From contig NW_027191472.1 of NCBI RefSeq assembly GCF_011745625.1, forward strand, positions 372,001 to 432,964: a DNA stretch of 60,964 nucleotides, written 5' to 3'. Of this stretch, positions 48,933 to 60,663 are shown piece by piece. The translations under genes were made by a program, and so were the position numbers. Every line of letters starts with the position of its first letter. Position 1 is the first letter of the stretch. The notes under the pieces were generated by a model. It saw only the letters and a program-made list of their open reading frames with translations. It did not search any database and was not told the origin of the DNA. The stretch comes from Cladosporium halotolerans. Lineage: Eukaryota.

Positions 48933-50126
48933 ATGGCTCCTCTCACATCCCTATTCGCCTTCGTGGCGCTCTTATTTGCCTTCGCGATCGCAACACACAC
49001 CTCGAACTGGGCCGTCCTCGTCAGCACATCGCGCTTCTGGTTCAACTACCGACACCTTGCGAACGTGCTCTCCCTCTACCGCACCGTCAAGCGCCTAGGC
49101 ATCCCTGATTCCCAGATTATCCTCATGCTCCCCGACGACATGGCGTGCAATCCGCGTAACAGCTTCCCTGGAACAGTATTCAATGACAAGAGTCGGCTGC
49201 TAGATTTATACGATGACAAGGGTCAGGGCGAGCAGAAGGGCATGGGCGGTATCGAGGTGGACTATCGCGGAAACGAGGTCACAGTGGAGAACTTCATCCG
49301 CTTGCTGACCGACCGCTGGCCCAGCAGCCAGCCTTCCAGCAAGAGGTTGATGACGGACGACAGGAGCAATATTCTGATCTACATGACGGGCCACGGCGGC
49401 AACGAGTTCCTGAAATTCCAAGACGCGGAGGAAATCTCCTCGTTCGACCTCGCGGACGCTTTCGAGCAGATGTGGGAGAAGAAGCGGTACCATGAGTTGC
49501 TGTTCATGATCGACACCTGCCAGGCGAACACTATGTACCCGGCCTTTTACACGCCCAATATCATTGCCACTGGCTCCAGCGCGAAAGACCAGAGCAGCTA
49601 CTCACACCATGCGGACCAGGACGTTGGCGTAGCGGTCATTGATCGCTGGACGTACACGAATCTGGAGTTTCTGGAAGCGCGGCTGAACGGGACGGCGTCA
49701 GACGTGCGGCTGGGAGAGCTGTTTGACTACTACACTTTCGATCGCGTGCATAGCGAAGCGGGCGTGCGGTACGATTTGTTCCCTGGCGGAGCGGAAGCGG
49801 CGCGGGACAGGCGCATTTTGGACTTTTTTGGGAATGTGCAGGGCGTTGAGGTGGATGATGGGGATGCGGAGGATGGAAGCTGGAGGGAGGACTTGGAGAA
49901 GCTGAAGCGGTTTGTTGAGATTGCGGAGGCGGAGGAAAAGAGGATGGCGGCAAAGGAGAGCCCATCTGAGCCTGCGAGTGCTCAAGATGGGTCTATCGCT
50001 GAAGGACGGCAGAAATCAGGCAGGCCCGCGCGGGATATGGCTAAGGGAGGCGAGAGCTGGCTCAAGCAGGCGGTGGGTGTAGGGTCTTTGTTGGCGCTTG
50101 GAGCTGCATGGGTTGTGATTAAATGA
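48933..50126 (+). CDS. GPI8: GPI-anchor transamidase catalytic subunit (peptidase C13)
   Basis: Signal peptide, NWAVLVSTSRFWFNYRHLAN, MTGHGG (catalytic His), IDTCQA (catalytic Cys) and a C-terminal TM helix. Confidence 0.95.
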   Translation: MAPLTSLFAFVALLFAFAIATHTSNWAVLVSTSRFWFNYRHLANVLSLYRTVKRLGIPDSQIILMLPDDMACNPRNSFPGTVFNDKSRLLDLYDDKGQGEQKGMGGIEVDYRGNEVTVENFIRLLTDRWPSSQPSSKRLMTDDRSNILIYMTGHGGNEFLKFQDAEEISSFDLADAFEQMWEKKRYHELLFMIDTCQANTMYPAFYTPNIIATGSSAKDQSSYSHHADQDVGVAVIDRWTYTNLEFLEARLNGTASDVRLGELFDYYTFDRVHSEAGVRYDLFPGGAEAARDRRILDFFGNVQGVEVDDGDAEDGSWREDLEKLKRFVEIAEAEEKRMAAKESPSEPASAQDGSIAEGRQKSGRPARDMAKGGESWLKQAVGVGSLLALGAAWVVIK

Positions 50127-50511
50127 GAGGCCTTCATGTGGTCAATATTTGCTGTTCCCGAAATGTCGATCCGACTTTCTGCGCTGTGATCGTGGGCGAG
50201 GTTGCACGCTGTATTGTGCCCAAGTTTTTACCGTGCATCAGAACCAGCCGCTTTCTGCGGTCCATCAAAGGCGAGAGGGTTATAAAGGTTTTGTGAAGGA
50301 TACAACTGTGGCATTCGAGAAGGGACATTGTGGATTTACCATAAGACGAAGACTGTGAGACAATCATACTTCAAAATTGATATTTACAGGGATGTATGTG
50401 CTGCGATTGGCTGTAATCTTCTCCTAGCCTCTAGTGCACCTTTCCTCTACATGTGTGCATACACTTTTAGAGCCACGCAAGATTCATGAAATCGTACCAT
50501 TTGTTCATCAA

Positions 50512-51852
50512 TCAGTCATACTCATCACCGTCATCGTCTTCCATGATCACCGGCAGTGAATCGAACACAACCTCGTTCCGCTCATAGTGCGTCAGAAAGC
50601 CGCCCTGCAACAGCCGCTTGAGAGTGTTGAGCCGCGACAGCTTCCACCACTTGTCAATGAGCATTTTGCCGCCGCCGTGAATAGAAATGCGCAAGCGTGA
50701 GCCGTACTCACGGCCATCTTCGTCCAGCGCTGTGGAGTAGCGCGGGCCGCGGGTCGGCTTCTCGACTGTGTGCAGGACGTCCTGGAAGGCGTTGTGGATA
50801 GCCTTGCGGTCCTTCTTTGACATGCGCTTCGATGAGGCGCGGGTAAGCTCTTCGAGCTGTCGCATCAGGTTATGTTGTTGGCGATAGACGGTGTATCGCT
50901 TGATCATGCGGGTGCCGCCACCTGCGCGGCGCGCTTCTTCTTCCTCTTCTTCATCGGCAGATTCGTCGTCGGACTCGGCCTCTGTGTAGGATTTCTCAAA
51001 TAGCAGAGCGATGTTCTCGCCCGCAGCAATCTGCACCCGCGACTCACTGCTATCGAGCTGGTCGACGAAGGTGTCCATGGCAGGCTCCGTGGTGTCCTCC
51101 ATGTCGTCCAGTTGAGTTGCGAGGAAGCCCCATTCCTCCAGCGCAGCAGTCACGCAGTCTGCGTTGTCCGCCTCTTCGATGCTCGCACCGTCTGAGGAGA
51201 CAATTTCGAGCAGAAAGTCCATGATCTCTTCCGTCTCTTCCGTGCTTGCGCCACCGTAGAAAGTGGCAACGCCCATGGCGTGGATGGCGGCGACTTTGAC
51301 GGTTGGGTGTTGCGAGTCGGTGATGGCAGCTTTGATCGGATTGGCGACAGCGTCGTAGATGGTGTCGCTTGGGACGGTGACGATCATGAGGGCAATGGCT
51401 TTCAAGCTCAGAGCAATTTCGCGCTCAGACTGACCACCCTTGAGCGATTTGAGGACAGCCGGCAGCAAATCGCTCATCCTGGATTGGATCTCAGGTTTTG
51501 CATAGTGCCGGATGAGATCGGAGGTGAAGGCGTTCAGGGTCAGCTCTCTGCCGTCGACAGAGCTGCGCTTCCTGTCGAGAATCTGCTCGATGCGCAAGTG
51601 AAGGTCGGCGGTCAAAGCATCCTGAGGTACGTCGTAGCCGCCTTCGGAAAGCAGGTCGTCGATGCTGTTGCTGCCCCACTCGCTTGGCTCGCTCTCGTCG
51701 TCAGACACGTTGCGAGAGGGTGCGGCGGAGCCTCCACGCGAGTGCGTCGGAGACGTGGGCTTGCTGCCCGACGGTGTGTGGGCTCTCGAGGCGGCCTTGC
51801 GGGAGGTTGTCTTTTTGCTCTCCAGGAGCACTTGCTTGCGCAGGTCGTGCAT
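50512..51852 (-). CDS. IFRD (interferon-related developmental regulator) domain protein
   Basis: MHDLRKQVLLESKKT start, DRKRSSVDGRE, AALEEWGFLAT and VQIAAGENIALLFE motifs. Confidence 0.82.
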   Translation of the reverse strand: MHDLRKQVLLESKKTTSRKAASRAHTPSGSKPTSPTHSRGGSAAPSRNVSDDESEPSEWGSNSIDDLLSEGGYDVPQDALTADLHLRIEQILDRKRSSVDGRELTLNAFTSDLIRHYAKPEIQSRMSDLLPAVLKSLKGGQSEREIALSLKAIALMIVTVPSDTIYDAVANPIKAAITDSQHPTVKVAAIHAMGVATFYGGASTEETEEIMDFLLEIVSSDGASIEEADNADCVTAALEEWGFLATQLDDMEDTTEPAMDTFVDQLDSSESRVQIAAGENIALLFEKSYTEAESDDESADEEEEEEARRAGGGTRMIKRYTVYRQQHNLMRQLEELTRASSKRMSKKDRKAIHNAFQDVLHTVEKPTRGPRYSTALDEDGREYGSRLRISIHGGGKMLIDKWWKLSRLNTLKRLLQGGFLTHYERNEVVFDSLPVIMEDDDGDEYD

Positions 51853-52338
51853 GGCGGGAGCTTGGCCTATGTGGCGGTGGCCGAGGGAGTATGTCTATCG
51901 GGTCGCTGCCCGTGGGGTGCTTTTGTATTGTCTTTTTCCTGTCCGCGACTTCTGTTTGCTGACAGAGTTTGTGGTAGTGTTCACTGTATCGGGGTGTGGG
52001 ATCTGTCGTTATGGCAAAGGTAGATGCTGAACGGCAACATGGAGTGGCCACGCGGGTTGTTTGGGTGGGTAGGCCTTGTTGTGGCAGGTCGGTGTGAGCA
52101 GCAGGAGGAGTCAGGAAAAGTAGGAAGAGGAGTTAAGCGAGCGGTGGGCGGAGTTTGGCGAGCGAAATGCAGGCTCGCGGACATGTCACATGCCGGGTTG
52201 GGCTGCAAACAGCGAGGCAGGCGGGCGCCTGGCCAAAAATACAGCGGGGCAGGCGCCGCAAATGACGTATGGCCTGAGGCAGGCGGGTCAGCCGAGAAAG
52301 CGAGAAGCTGACACGCGCATTCTGTGGCACGGCGGGCA

Positions 52339-52433
52339 GCACATCCAGGCACATCCAGGCACCTCCAGGCACTCCACCAGGCACTTCCACCAGGCACTCA
52401 GCCAGCCCAGCCTTACCATAACCCTAACCCTAA
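52339..52433. promoter_or_regulatory. Divergent IFRD/Cyp40 promoter with ~10-bp CCAGGCAC repeats and a telobox (TAACCC)2TAA
   Basis: Five CCAGGCAC copies at 52339-52397 and TAACCCTAACCCTAA at 52419-52433. Confidence 0.5.
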
Positions 52434-52541
52434 GGAAGGCTGCCCCGCAGTGGGCTTACCTAGTGGGCTGCGTGGGCTGTTAACGCGGCGCGAGAGAGCG
52501 CGCGAGAGCCTCAGGGCCCAAGCACTCGAGGCTGGCGAGCG

Positions 52542-52567
52542 GCTCTGGAAGCTTCGACGAAACCTTC
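52542..52567 (+). promoter_or_regulatory. Heat-shock-element-like motif upstream of Cyp40
   Basis: cTCtgGAAgcTTCgacGAAaccTTC lies ~110-130 bp before the ATG. Cyp40/CPR6 is an Hsp90 co-chaperone gene. Confidence 0.45.
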
Positions 52568-52673
52568 ACGCCTTCACTTACACCTCCTCAATTGATCACT
52601 CGCTGCGTTTACCGTGCTTCCTTGGCCAATCGCCAACACCTTCTGTTTACTGAATTCAAGAACCCTCCACACC

Positions 52674-53792
52674 ATGGCCGCCAACCGCTCTCGCGTCTGG
52701 TTCGACATTACCATCGGCGGTGCTCCCACTGGCCGTGTCGTTTTCGAGCTCTACAACGATGTCGTTCCCAAGACCGCCGACAACTTCCGCTCGCTCTGCA
52801 CCGGTGAGAAAGGCACCGGCGAGGCCGGCAAGCCCCTCCACTACAAGGGTAGCAGCTTCCACCGAGTCATCAAATCCTTCATGATCCAGGGCGGTGATTT
52901 CACTGCAGGCAATGGCACTGGCGGCGAGAGCATCTACGGCGAGAAGTTCGCCGACGAGAACTTCGAGCTGAAGCACGAGAAGCCCTTCCTCCTCAGCATG
53001 GCCAACGCTGGTCCCGGCACCAACGGCAGCCAGTTCTTCGTCACCACCGTTCCAACACCGCATCTGGACGGCAAGCACGTTGTCTTCGGCGAGGTTATTA
53101 GCGGCAAGAGCGTTGTGAGGCAAGTGGAGAACACGCCCGTCGGCGACCAGGACAAGCCCACCAGGGCCTGCGTGATCGCGGACTGTGGTGAGGTGCCCCA
53201 GGGCGTCTCCCTCGAGGAGTTCACAAAGAAGGAGCCCGACTCCACCGGCGACACCTACGAGGATTTCCCCGACGACCAGCTGGCCGACGGCGAGGAGTGG
53301 AATGGTGTGGATATTGCCAAGGTCGCCGATGAGCTCAAGGGCATGGGTAACAAGGCTTTCAAGAACGGCGAGCTCGCGCTCGGCCTCAGCAAATACCAGA
53401 AGGCTCTCCGCTACCTGCAGGAATACCCGGCTCTGATCGAAGGCGACCCCGCCGAGCTTGGCCCTCAGCTCCAGAAACTGCGCATCAGCCTGCACACAAA
53501 CTCTGCCCTTCTGCAGTACAAGCTTAGGCAGCTGGATGATGCGACCCGCTCTGCCGACAACGCGCTGGCTATTCAGGGCATCTCGGACGCAGAGAAGGCC
53601 AAGGCCCTTTTCAGGAAGGGTGTAGTCGCCAAGGAGCAGAAGAACGAGGAAGATGCGCAGAAGTTCCTCGAGGAGGCCGGCAAGCTCGCGCCCGCCGACG
53701 CCGGTATCAAGAATGAGCTCGCTGCTGTCAAGAAGGCTACGGCCGACCGCAAGGCGAAGGAGAGGAAGGCGTACTCGAAGATGTTTGACTAG
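52674..53792 (+). CDS. CPR6: Peptidyl-prolyl isomerase D / cyclophilin 40 with TPR domain
   Basis: [31 protein letters not shown] and [15 protein letters not shown] motifs, TPR helices ([17 protein letters not shown]), and an EKKAYSKMF-like end. Confidence 0.93.
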   Translation: MAANRSRVWFDITIGGAPTGRVVFELYNDVVPKTADNFRSLCTGEKGTGEAGKPLHYKGSSFHRVIKSFMIQGGDFTAGNGTGGESIYGEKFADENFELKHEKPFLLSMANAGPGTNGSQFFVTTVPTPHLDGKHVVFGEVISGKSVVRQVENTPVGDQDKPTRACVIADCGEVPQGVSLEEFTKKEPDSTGDTYEDFPDDQLADGEEWNGVDIAKVADELKGMGNKAFKNGELALGLSKYQKALRYLQEYPALIEGDPAELGPQLQKLRISLHTNSALLQYKLRQLDDATRSADNALAIQGISDAEKAKALFRKGVVAKEQKNEEDAQKFLEEAGKLAPADAGIKNELAAVKKATADRKAKERKAYSKMFD

Positions 53793-54410
53793 AGGATTGT
53801 GAGAACATACAACGATCGGTACGTGCAATGATTACTTCGGATACCTCAGAGGGTGCGGTGGGTTGAATCACTGCCGCGTTCAGCGAATGGCGCTAGAAGC
53901 TAGCAGATAGGGAGGAATGGAAATGAGTTTATGATCAATATCGTTCGGAGTAGCACGTCTCGGCGGCATTTGCTCACTTGCAGGCTCTTCCGATTGGGCA
54001 CGATCCTGATGGGCGTCGTATTTTCATCCATCATCGAAGCGATGCAGCCAACGGCTTGCACTGGATCGAACTTCAAAAATCCATTGCTTGAAGGATTGCG
54101 GTATACTGCACGAACTCTGTGATATCTGTCTCACAAAACCATCGAAGACAGTGGTAAAAACATACGAGACATGGCTCCTAACCCACTATTAGATGCCTGG
54201 CAGCCGTAGCGCGTGATGTCATGTGCCATCAATGACGCTTGTAGTAAACATATGAACCAACGCTGGACTGTGTATGCAACAAATACATGCAAACCCTATA
54301 TCTGAGACTTCAGAGGGTGCCGAAAGTTTTCTGACTTGGATTCTCCTGCCCTTGAAGGATCAGTCTTCCATGAAAAGCATTGTTCTGGACAAGTTCACCA
54401 CCATCGATCA

Positions 54411-56136
54411 ATGGCGACCGCAAATACATTCCACCACCCGACCCTGGGCTCCATTAAAGGCATCCTAAGGGACGGACTCTTACGCTTCACTAACATCCCC
54501 TATGCTACAATACCTCACCGCTTCGCCCGCTCGTCTCTTCTGCAGCAGCTCCCAAGAACAGCTTCAACAAGCGTTGGAAATGGCCTACACGACGCCTACG
54601 ACGCAACGGGCATCCCGCCCGCCAGCATTCAGCCCTTCGACGCCCCCGCCAATGAGGTCAAAGGCTGCCAGATCCCTCCCGAGATCTTAGATGGCTTCCA
54701 CGAAGAGCAATCCGAAGACTGCCTCCGACTCAGCATCACCGTTCCCGCGCATGCGAGGCCAGGAAACGACTTGCCCGTGCTTGTCTTCGTCCACGGGGGC
54801 GCGTTCTTTCTCGGCTCCACAACGAGGCCTTACTACGATCCTTCCACTCTGTGTCGGCAGGCCTTGGAGCAGGCGGAAGGCTGTGTGTTTGTCGGCGTCA
54901 ACTACCGCCTCGGCGCGCTAGGCTTTGCGCATTTACCTGGAGCACATAGCGTGCCGGAGAATAACGGGTTGTATGACCAGAGAATTGCTTTCGAGTGGGT
55001 AAGGAGGTTTATCGCTGGTTTTGGAGGGGATGCTGGCGAGATCACAGCGCTGGGCCAGAGTGCGGGCGGGATGAGTTTGACGGCGCATGATTATTCTGGG
55101 CTCGAGAATGTCTGGAGGCGGAGGGTGGTCTTCAGTGGGAGTTTGGTTACGATGCCTGTAAAGGATGGGAAGGAGAAGGAGGCGGAGTTTTGGAGCTTGG
55201 CGGAGAAGACGGGGGTGATGGGGGTCGGCGTGGGGAGGGAAGAGGCTGTAGAGAAGTTGAAGGAGGTTGATGTTGGAAGGATCAGAGATGCAGCGGGTGT
55301 TGGGCTGCTTTGTGTTGAGAGCGAGATGTTGCCATACTCGGATGCCAGCATGAAGAGGATGAGCACTCCTGCGGCTTGGAGCAACGTGTGAGTGAGAATT
55401 TGCGGTTTGCGACCTAAGCGATTTGTTGGATATCTTGCTGACGTTGTCTCACAAAAGCGGTGACTCTGCTGGTCTAGAGTCTCAGATCGTTTCTTCGACC
55501 ACGTATGACGGCGGAATCTCGTACAACCTAATGATTGAGAACAAGGATCGAAAGGGCCACGCCAAAGCTTTTTTTGACATCGCCAACAGCTCCGGTCTGT
55601 CGCACCCACAAGAGCTCCTAGATCTTTACAATATCACAACAACCGACGACGATCCCGTGGCTCTCCGCAAGATCTGCCAATTCGAAACTGATATTGGCTT
55701 TTTCGCCGCTTCTCTGGCCCAGGTCAGTGGCTTTCCCGGCAAGAGCTACTTGCTTTTGTTTGATTTGGGCAGCCCTTTCGAAGGCTTCTTGCCCGCCGGG
55801 GAGTGTGCGACGCACACTTGGGACATTATCGCGATGTTGGGGTCTTGCGAAAAGTGGCTGGAAGACGAATACAGAACCGCGATTACGGACCTCAGAGATA
55901 GGGTTTTGAGATTCTCGGTCAAGGGCGAGGAGCCTTGGCCCGCGTGGACGGAAGATGAGGGCAAAGCCATGGTCGTTGGGAAGGAGGGTCTGAGCGTTGT
56001 AGGGTTTGATGAGTACATGGGTGCGGAGACCAGACGGGGAAAGATGTTGAAATTGGCGGAGAAAGAGGCTGGCGATGATGGCCGGGATCTGCTGTGGAGT
56101 GAAGTTTGCAGGCGGTTTCTCATGGCTGAGAAGTGA
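54411..56136 (+). CDS. Type B carboxylesterase (intron 55388-55457)
   Basis: SEDCLRLSI, VFVHGGAF, NYRLGALGF and GQSAG nucleophile motifs, with THTWD as catalytic His. Confidence 0.9.
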
Positions 56137-56709
56137 GGCTCTGCTGTTCTAATCTTATAGACATGGAAGGCAGGAGAGTAACCTGAAATGTTGCAGTGAG
56201 GGAGCCTCAAAGAGTTCTGCAGCAGTTTCTTCCCTGGCGATGATCGTTGTCGATGGGATCCACAGCCTTACCTAAGGTCGCCAGCATACGGCGAGCAGGG
56301 CCAGCTTATAACCTGGTGGTTGCCGGCTTACTTGAGGAAGCAGCAGCGGCAGCAGCGGCAGCAATATCGCCTTGGCCTATTGCTTGCATGTGATATCACA
56401 GGCATTGCCTACACTGGGATAATGAAAACCCGCAGAATGTTCCGATGTCCGTCCGTGAACCAAATTTCCATGCGTCCAAGGCTTCGAGATACTTGATCTG
56501 CAGCAAATCTGGCAAATGAAGCTCACGGGTTTCCCGGAAGAAATCGGATATCGCATTATGGCCGTCAGTCCTCGATTTTCTTCGAAGCCAGCGAGTGCGG
56601 AAGAATGATGTGAACTCATTGATTGATCGTCTATCGTGTATAGGAAGCGACCCGTCACCAGGATACCGCTTTTCATCTCGTGAAAACAGTCCCGAACGTC
56701 GCGAACGAA

Positions 56710-58207
56710 TCACACGGAATTGCTGTTATCTGCACAACTCCAGGCGGCAGACCCGTCGGTCTCAGCAAACGTATTGATCAGTCCAACGACGGAACCGTAT
56801 GTGCCTGCGACCATCAAGAAGGTTCCTAGCACGATAACAAAGATGCTCCAGCAAACCATAGCGGTCCACCGCGTAGAGCCCCGATCATGTGAGTGCCAAT
56901 TGTCATAGATCCACATGATGCCTTCCGGCTGAAAACAAAGCAGGGTTCCGAATAACGCTCCGACGAGTGACACGAGGCCACCGAAGGCTGGAATGCCACT
57001 TGCAATGCAGTATGCGATGATGGTGGTGATAGCGGTGCATGCGAGCCAAGTAGCCCAGTGGGTGAATGAGTTGGCGGTGAGATGCTTGGAACCGCGGAGG
57101 AGACGGATGAAGATGTACTTCGCAGTGATCTTTGACTTGTTAGCGAGCGAATAGAGCTTGCCGCGTCTCCATCAACTTACGTGGAGATAGAGGGTCATGG
57201 ACATTATGAGGCCAGGGAGAGCTAGACCGTAGCACACTTTTTTCATTAGAACGCCAGCAGACCCTAGTGCAGGAGATGCAACGTAGTCGCCGCAGTAGTA
57301 GTAAACGACAATGCCGATGGTCACATAGACGCCTGTCGCGACGCCGCGGCACAGAGCCAGAGAATAGGGGTACTGGCGCGGGTCTGCCATCTCGGAGACG
57401 ACAGAAAAGTAGGCCGGAACGCCACAGAATGCGAAGATGATCGAGGCAATGGCTGCCATTGCATCGGCAAAAGTAGGGTTGCCAAAAAGCTTCCAAGTCG
57501 AAACGTAGGGTCCCTCCTGGGGTGCCTCTGCAGGCCGGTCTTGTACACCAACGGCGACAGTGAGAGAGAAGACTGAAGTATGGATTAGCTAGCGATCAAA
57601 TCGGCGCCTCGAAACGACTGTACGGACCTGCTGCTACGATGCTGATCATTCCCACCCAGGCAAGCCAGCTCATCTTGCTAAGTGTTCTGACACTCGAGAC
57701 GCCAAAGCCCATTATTGCAGACACGGCAACAAGCACGGCTGTGCAAGTGCCATGGGTAGAGACCGCATTAAGCCCAATAGAAACACCAAGCAATCCGGAC
57801 GCTGCGACGAAAATCCAGAGCAGGCAGAAAGCAACAGAGGCAACTTCACGTCCCACAGGTCCGAAGATGATCGCAGCAGTATCGGCGAAGCCATAAGCCT
57901 GAGGATGCTTCAGCTTGAAGACACCGACAACGTAGGACGACCATGTAGTGACGCCAGAGATAGCGAGCAAGACCAAGATCCCTGGAATAAGGCCGAGGGT
58001 GCCGAAGGCTTCGGGAATGGACAAGATGCCAATGCCCATCTCAGACTTCATCATAAGGATGGAGGCTCCGACCCAGGTGACACTGCGATAGTTAGGTCCT
58101 CCCTCTTCGGCAGCTCCAAAGACAGCATCCTGAACTTCGCCGCCATTGTTGGAGCCAATGGCCGCAAGCTCTTCGTCAATGTCTGGCTTTTCGGGGTGAG
58201 ACGTCAT
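56710..58207 (-). CDS. Amino-acid transporter (Aa_trans, Mtr-like) (introns 57573-57627, 57130-57180)
   Basis: GPNYRSVTW..MKSEMGIGILSIP, AVGVQDRP, SPALGSAG and WSCADNSNS motifs. Both introns are canonical. Confidence 0.9.
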
Positions 58208-59825
58208 TGTAGAGATGGATGGTAGAAGGAGGGCAGGAGCATAAGGTCGGGACGAAAGAAGGGCAGCGCAGCCAAGTCGTACGCGCAGTCCAACGCCGTT
58301 GCCGCCATGGTGCTGACTTCGACTTTGTCTTGTGCTTGTTCAATGGTACTTTCGCTCAATGGAATATTACCAGTTACCGCCTGTCAACGGCGAACGCAGT
58401 AGATGATTGGGCACGATGTCGGGTTTTGCTCCACTTGGCTAAGCCATGGTCGGCACGCGCTTCTTTTTCGAGTAACGCGGCGTCTGGGCGTTGGTAGCCG
58501 AAGCTTTATCTTCATGTCTTGGTGCTCCTTCGACGGGAGTCACGGCGCCGAGAGAACGGGCGTGTGACGACGAGCGCTTGTTCCGAGGCTCCGGTGAGGT
58601 CTCCCGCAACCCCTTATGCCGTGGCAAAGCGACTCCGAAGTCAGCACTCGAGGAGATGAGAAGAGCCCTTCTCTCTAGGCGATCGGCCAACGTTCCCAGC
58701 GAACGGCTAGTGCCAAACGTGCTGTCTTGAGTTTCCCCCAGGGCTGGAGAATTTGCGGGCACACGTAATTGTGTGGGCCAAGGAACACACACCGAGCCGA
58801 ATGGAGTTTTGCGCGCCATTTCTTCGCGTTCTAGAGTCTTGTCATTAGCAAAGAGTATCCGCTGAGGTGAGCGAGCCCCACGGGGTTCGTGTTTCGCAGA
58901 GCGAAGAGGCGAGCGAGGGAAGACGCAGCGAACGCCAGACACGTGGCCGAGGTGTGTCCCGGAGCCGGAGTTGTATGCGGAGTGTTCCAGACAACTTCCA
59001 GACCGAGGAGGTTGTGACGGCCGTCGCGTGCGACACCTACAGTACCTACTGAGGAGATGAATGCGAATGCGCGCAAATGCACACGTTGCTTGCGAGCGGA
59101 TAATTGTCACGTAGGAGCCCAAGCGCATCAACTTGCTGGGAGAAAAGACCGGCAAGGTGACTGAAAGTTGCGCGAAGCCACGTGATCGTCAGCTGCCCGT
59201 CGGCCACTTCAGAAGCGCTGCTCTCCCCACCAATATCAACCTTCATCGCATAATAATCCGTAATGTGAACAGCAACATTACCCCGGCACTGCTTGCTACA
59301 TAATTAGGTCCATTGAGCCTCATGCTGGTGGGTGGATGACCAGTGGTGCGGAACTCGAAGCAGGAGGCAGGACTTCTTGCGCGAGAATGACCGGTTCTGT
59401 GAAGCATGTTTCTTGCCCTGTACAAAGGCGCTTCGACCGCACGACCATGGGAAACATATTGCAAAGCGACGAACAGCCGTTACCTGTGCTGCGCATTCGG
59501 CAGACTTGCGAGGTGGTTTACAATTACAGCGCTACATGCTCCCCAGTCGCTTCATCCAGACCGCTGCTCTTGCGAGAGCAGATGACGACAGGGCACCGTC
59601 TTGAAATAGCCGCATTGAGCCATGAGTATCCGCCTTTCGACCTCTGGGAAGACTGACACATTTCGCCAAAACGGATCCACCGGCTTGAAGCGCTTAGCTA
59701 CAAGTCACACTGTCCAATCCTCGTTCATTATCCCAGTCGCGTGTCCCCTGCTTGCCGACTGAAGCTAAGTCGTGTGTTAACGCGCTCCGGACTTTTTCTT
59801 GGATCATGTTTCTGCGGCTCTTTTC

Positions 59826-60662
59826 CTAAGTGACCGACCAGTTCTTGGACACATGGATGACCGCGGGCTGGTCCCTAGTCAACTTGCGCTCCGAACTTCC
59901 ATCATCGTCGTGACTGCTGTCATTCTCCTGGTCGTCCTGGTAAGCTATTAGACATCGAATGTGGGAGATGCTTATCTCGACTTACGAGTTCGATCCACGT
60001 AGTGTGTCCTTGTCCATGCCTGCCCTCCTCCAAAGGGTTCGTCCGGGATGCTTTGAGGGCCGCCGAATGGAAGTCTTGGCTGCCAGCCGCAGAAGACTTG
60101 TGCTTCGCCCTCCAGCGTAGGTAGAATGGCCGCAGCATTGGGATGTTGATGCACAGCCCAGCAAGCATCAACTCTATGGAGCAAAGCATGAACGTCGTGA
60201 GCGACGTGCCCGTGAGGTTGCCGATCAGGTCGATGACGAAGATCTGCCAGAAGCGGACAATGCCGATGATCACGCAGCTGCATTTGTTAGTTTCTCTGCG
60301 ATCTCGGTTGGCCTGTTGGTAACTTACGCTGCGCCGAGAGCGAAACAGGAGATGACGGCCAGCTTCTCTGTTTTCCGCATTTGCAACTTCCATACCGATC
60401 TGATCGGGAGCACGAAGATGAAGAGGTCCGTCAGGATGTTCGTCATGATCAGCGACTTGAGCACGACGATCTGATCCATGCAGTGGCCGATGCGCTCCAA
60501 TGACCACTGCTGCTGCACCGGATTGCAAAGGAAGATGAAGACAAAGGTAAAGATCAAGGCCCAGACAACGATGATGGCGAGTCCGGCGTAGATCCAATTG
60601 CAAAGGTGGACGGAGAAGACCCGCAGATACAGGAACAGCTGACTTGCTTTCAGGGCTGCTAG
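59826..60662 (-). CDS. PTH11-like (fungal rhodopsin-domain) receptor, 5' part missing or interrupted (introns 60278-60327, 59937-59985)
   Basis: LKASQLFLYLRVF, LCNPV, NILTDLFIFVLPI..VWKLQM and IELMLAGLCINIPMLRP motifs. An in-frame TGA lies immediately upstream at ~60663-60665. Confidence 0.8.
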
Positions 60663-60663
60663 T

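Noticed and set aside
52656..53828. 390-aa antisense ORF over cyclophilin 40
   Set aside because: Mirror of a strongly GC3-biased gene, with no recognisable motifs.
58439..59155. 238-aa minus-strand ORF upstream of the amino-acid permease
   Set aside because: Non-ATG start, Arg/Ser-rich random composition and no motifs. Treated as intergenic.
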